Source: Escherichia coli (lineage in GTDB: Bacteria; Pseudomonadota; Gammaproteobacteria; Enterobacterales; Enterobacteriaceae). Taken from it: a stretch of 64,000 nt of DNA. The position numbers and the translations under genes are program-made. Of this stretch, positions 61,715 to 64,000 are shown piece after piece. Position 1 is the first letter of the stretch. The number at the start of each line of letters is the position of its first letter. Below the pieces are notes generated by a model. It was not told the origin of the DNA, made no database searches, and saw nothing but the letters and a program-made list of their open reading frames with translations. The stretch is from the NCBI RefSeq assembly GCF_965641715.1, contig NZ_OZ282453.1. The stretch is one strand, 5' to 3'.

Positions 61715-61960
61715 ATCGTATTCCCATTTGTAATAGACAAAAAAAAGAGAAAAGTAAGCCGCCCTTTCAGGTGGATTACTTTTCTCAGGTCTCTAGTAAT
61801 TGAAATAATAAATAACATGGAAAGCAGAGGTGTTGTGTGAGAGTAATCACGCTTCTGCTTTTTAAAACTATTTGATAATGCGAATATCACACTGTGATTA
61901 CGATCACATTAGCAGTTATGTCCTTATGCTACAAATTATCTCCAGTTACCAGAGATAATG

Positions 61961-62009
61961 AGAAAGGTAACTTCCCTCTCGCGGGGGAAGTTACCTTTCT
62001 TTTTTTTTG
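61961..62009 (+). terminator. Terminator-like hairpin plus T9 in the ygcW 5' leader (candidate attenuator)
   Basis: agaaaggtaacttccc-tctcgcgg-gggaagttacctttct (16-bp perfect stem) followed by ttttttttt; ends 24 nt upstream of the ygcW ATG. Confidence 0.6.
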
Positions 62010-62032
62010 CCTTACGGAAATTGGAGCTAACT

Positions 62033-62818
62033 ATGTCAATCGAATCTCTCAATACGTTCTCAATGGATTTTTTCTCCCTGAAAGGTAAAACCGCAATTGT
62101 TACCGGCGGGAATAGCGGTTTAGGCCAGGCATTTGCCATGGCGTTGGCCAAAGCAGGCGCAAATGTCTTTATTCCAAGTTTTGTCAAAGATAACGGCGAA
62201 ACAAAGGAAATGATTGAAAAACAGGGTGTTGAGGTGGACTTCATGCAGGTGGATATCACCGCAGAAGGCGCGCCGCAGAAGATAATCGCCGCCTGTTGCG
62301 AACGTTTCGGTACCGTCGATATTCTGGTTAACAATGCCGGTATTTGTAAGCTGAATAAGGTGCTGGACTTCGGTCGTGCCGACTGGGACCCGATGATTGA
62401 TGTGAACCTGACCGCCGCATTCGAGTTAAGCTATGAAGCGGCAAAAATTATGATCCCGCAGAAAAGCGGTAAAATCATTAATATCTGTTCATTATTCTCT
62501 TACTTAGGTGGACAATGGTCACCTGCATATTCTGCCACTAAACATGCTCTTGCCGGATTCACCAAAGCTTATTGTGATGAACTAGGTCAATATAATATTC
62601 AGGTAAATGGTATTGCCCCTGGCTATTATGCAACAGATATTACGCTGGCGACACGCAGTAATCCAGAAACCAATCAGCGCGTTCTTGATCATATTCCAGC
62701 AAACCGTTGGGGCGATACTCAGGATTTAATGGGCGCAGCCGTATTCCTCGCAAGTCAGGCATCGAATTATGTCAACGGGCATTTATTAGTGGTCGATGGC
62801 GGTTATTTAGTGCGCTAA
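62033..62818 (+). CDS. ygcW: Short-chain dehydrogenase/reductase (KduD/FabG-like)
   Basis: ORF track starts 61958; likely true start MSIESLNTFSMDFF at 62033 with GGAG RBS; TGGNSGLG Rossmann motif and YxxxK. Confidence 0.85.
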   Translation: MSIESLNTFSMDFFSLKGKTAIVTGGNSGLGQAFAMALAKAGANVFIPSFVKDNGETKEMIEKQGVEVDFMQVDITAEGAPQKIIAACCERFGTVDILVNNAGICKLNKVLDFGRADWDPMIDVNLTAAFELSYEAAKIMIPQKSGKIINICSLFSYLGGQWSPAYSATKHALAGFTKAYCDELGQYNIQVNGIAPGYYATDITLATRSNPETNQRVLDHIPANRWGDTQDLMGAAVFLASQASNYVNGHLLVVDGGYLVR

Positions 62819-62887
62819 TCCATAACGGTGGTTTCTGTTTTCTCTTATTAATGATTATTCCATTTTTATTATCAGGAAGGAATTACT

Positions 62888-64000
62888 ATGTCTTTATCTC
62901 GCGCAGCGATTGTCGACCAGCTAAAGGAAATTGTTGGTGCAGATCGCGTAATTACCGATGAAACAGTATTAAAGAAGAACAGTATTGACCGTTTTCGTAA
63001 ATTTCCGGATATTCATGGCATTTATACTTTGCCGATTCCGGCAGCGGTCGTAAAACTCGGTTCCACAGAGCAAGTATCCCGTGTGCTGAATTTTATGAAT
63101 GCGCACAAAATTAACGGTGTGCCGCGTACCGGTGCTTCCGCCACCGAAGGTGGGCTGGAAACTGTTGTAGAAAACTCGGTGGTGCTCGACGGTTCCGCCA
63201 TGAATCAAATCATTAATATTGATATTGAGAATATGCAGGCGACGGCGCAATGTGGCGTTCCGCTGGAGGTGCTGGAAAACGCGTTGCGTGAAAAAGGTTA
63301 CACCACGGGGCATTCTCCGCAGTCAAAGCCGCTGGCGCAGATGGGCGGCCTGGTAGCAACTCGCAGTATCGGGCAGTTCTCCACACTCTACGGCGCAATC
63401 GAAGATATGGTCGTTGGTCTGGAGGCAGTGTTGGCAGATGGCACCGTCACACGCATTAAAAACGTGCCACGCCGCGCGGCTGGCCCGGACATTCGTCACA
63501 TCATCATCGGCAACGAAGGTGCATTGTGCTATATCACTGAAGTAACAGTGAAAATCTTTAAATTCACCCCGGAAAACAACCTCTTCTACGGCTATATCCT
63601 GGAAGACATGAAAACCGGCTTCAACATCCTGCGTGAAATCATGGTGGAAGGGTATCGTCCGTCGATCGCTCGTTTGTATGACGCTGAAGATGGCACCCAA
63701 CACTTCACCCATTTTGCCGACGGAAAATGCGTGCTGATCTTTATGGCTGAAGGTAACCCTCGCATTGCGAAGGCGACGGGCGAAGGGATTGCGGAAATCG
63801 TTGCCCGCTACCCGCAATGCCAACGCGTGGACAGCAAGCTGATCGAAACTTGGTTTAACAACCTGAACTGGGGACCGGATAAAGTGGCTGCCGAACGTGT
63901 GCAGATCCTCAAAACCGGCAACATGGGCTTTACTACCGAAGTGTCCGGCTGCTGGAGCTGTATCCACGAAATCTACGAAAGCGTTATTAACCGTATTCGT
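62888..64000 (+). CDS. ygcU: FAD-linked oxidoreductase (GlcD / FAD-binding type 4 family), 3'-truncated by window end
   Basis: Open frame from ATG 62888 (MSLSRAAIVDQLKEIVGADRVITDE...) to the window edge; absent from the ORF track because no stop lies inside the window. Confidence 0.8.
   Translation, partial: MSLSRAAIVDQLKEIVGADRVITDETVLKKNSIDRFRKFPDIHGIYTLPIPAAVVKLGSTEQVSRVLNFMNAHKINGVPRTGASATEGGLETVVENSVVLDGSAMNQIINIDIENMQATAQCGVPLEVLENALREKGYTTGHSPQSKPLAQMGGLVATRSIGQFSTLYGAIEDMVVGLEAVLADGTVTRIKNVPRRAAGPDIRHIIIGNEGALCYITEVTVKIFKFTPENNLFYGYILEDMKTGFNILREIMVEGYRPSIARLYDAEDGTQHFTHFADGKCVLIFMAEGNPRIAKATGEGIAEIVARYPQCQRVDSKLIETWFNNLNWGPDKVAAERVQILKTGNMGFTTEVSGCWSCIHEIYESVINRIR

Overview
This window reads as an Escherichia coli chromosomal segment with K-12-like gene order, in reverse orientation relative to the usual K-12 map. 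It runs from the 3' end of recC through ptrA-recB-recD, argA, amiC, three tandem tRNA-fMet genes, mltA, tcdA-csdE-csdA, gcvB/gcvA, rlmM, the fuc regulon, xni, sdaCB, ppnN, queF, syd, csrB, yqcC-truC-yqcA, gudPXD, barA, rlmD, relA-mazEFG, pyrG and eno, to the ygcE-yqcE-ygcW-ygcU cluster. Almost everything is core housekeeping and identified by protein-level recognition. The two stretches that look accessory or variable are (1) a tightly packed minus-strand operon encoding a LemA-family lipoprotein plus three paralogous TPM-domain membrane proteins with Gly/Ser-rich tails ending in -SGRW, between eno and queE, and (2) a type I-E CRISPR array of 17 repeats and 16 spacers with its leader next to queE and no cas genes anywhere in the window, followed by a degenerate repeat remnant. 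The LemA/TPM operon is the best candidate for an uncharacterised system; its function cannot be read from the sequence. All comparisons to K-12 are from memory and were not computed.
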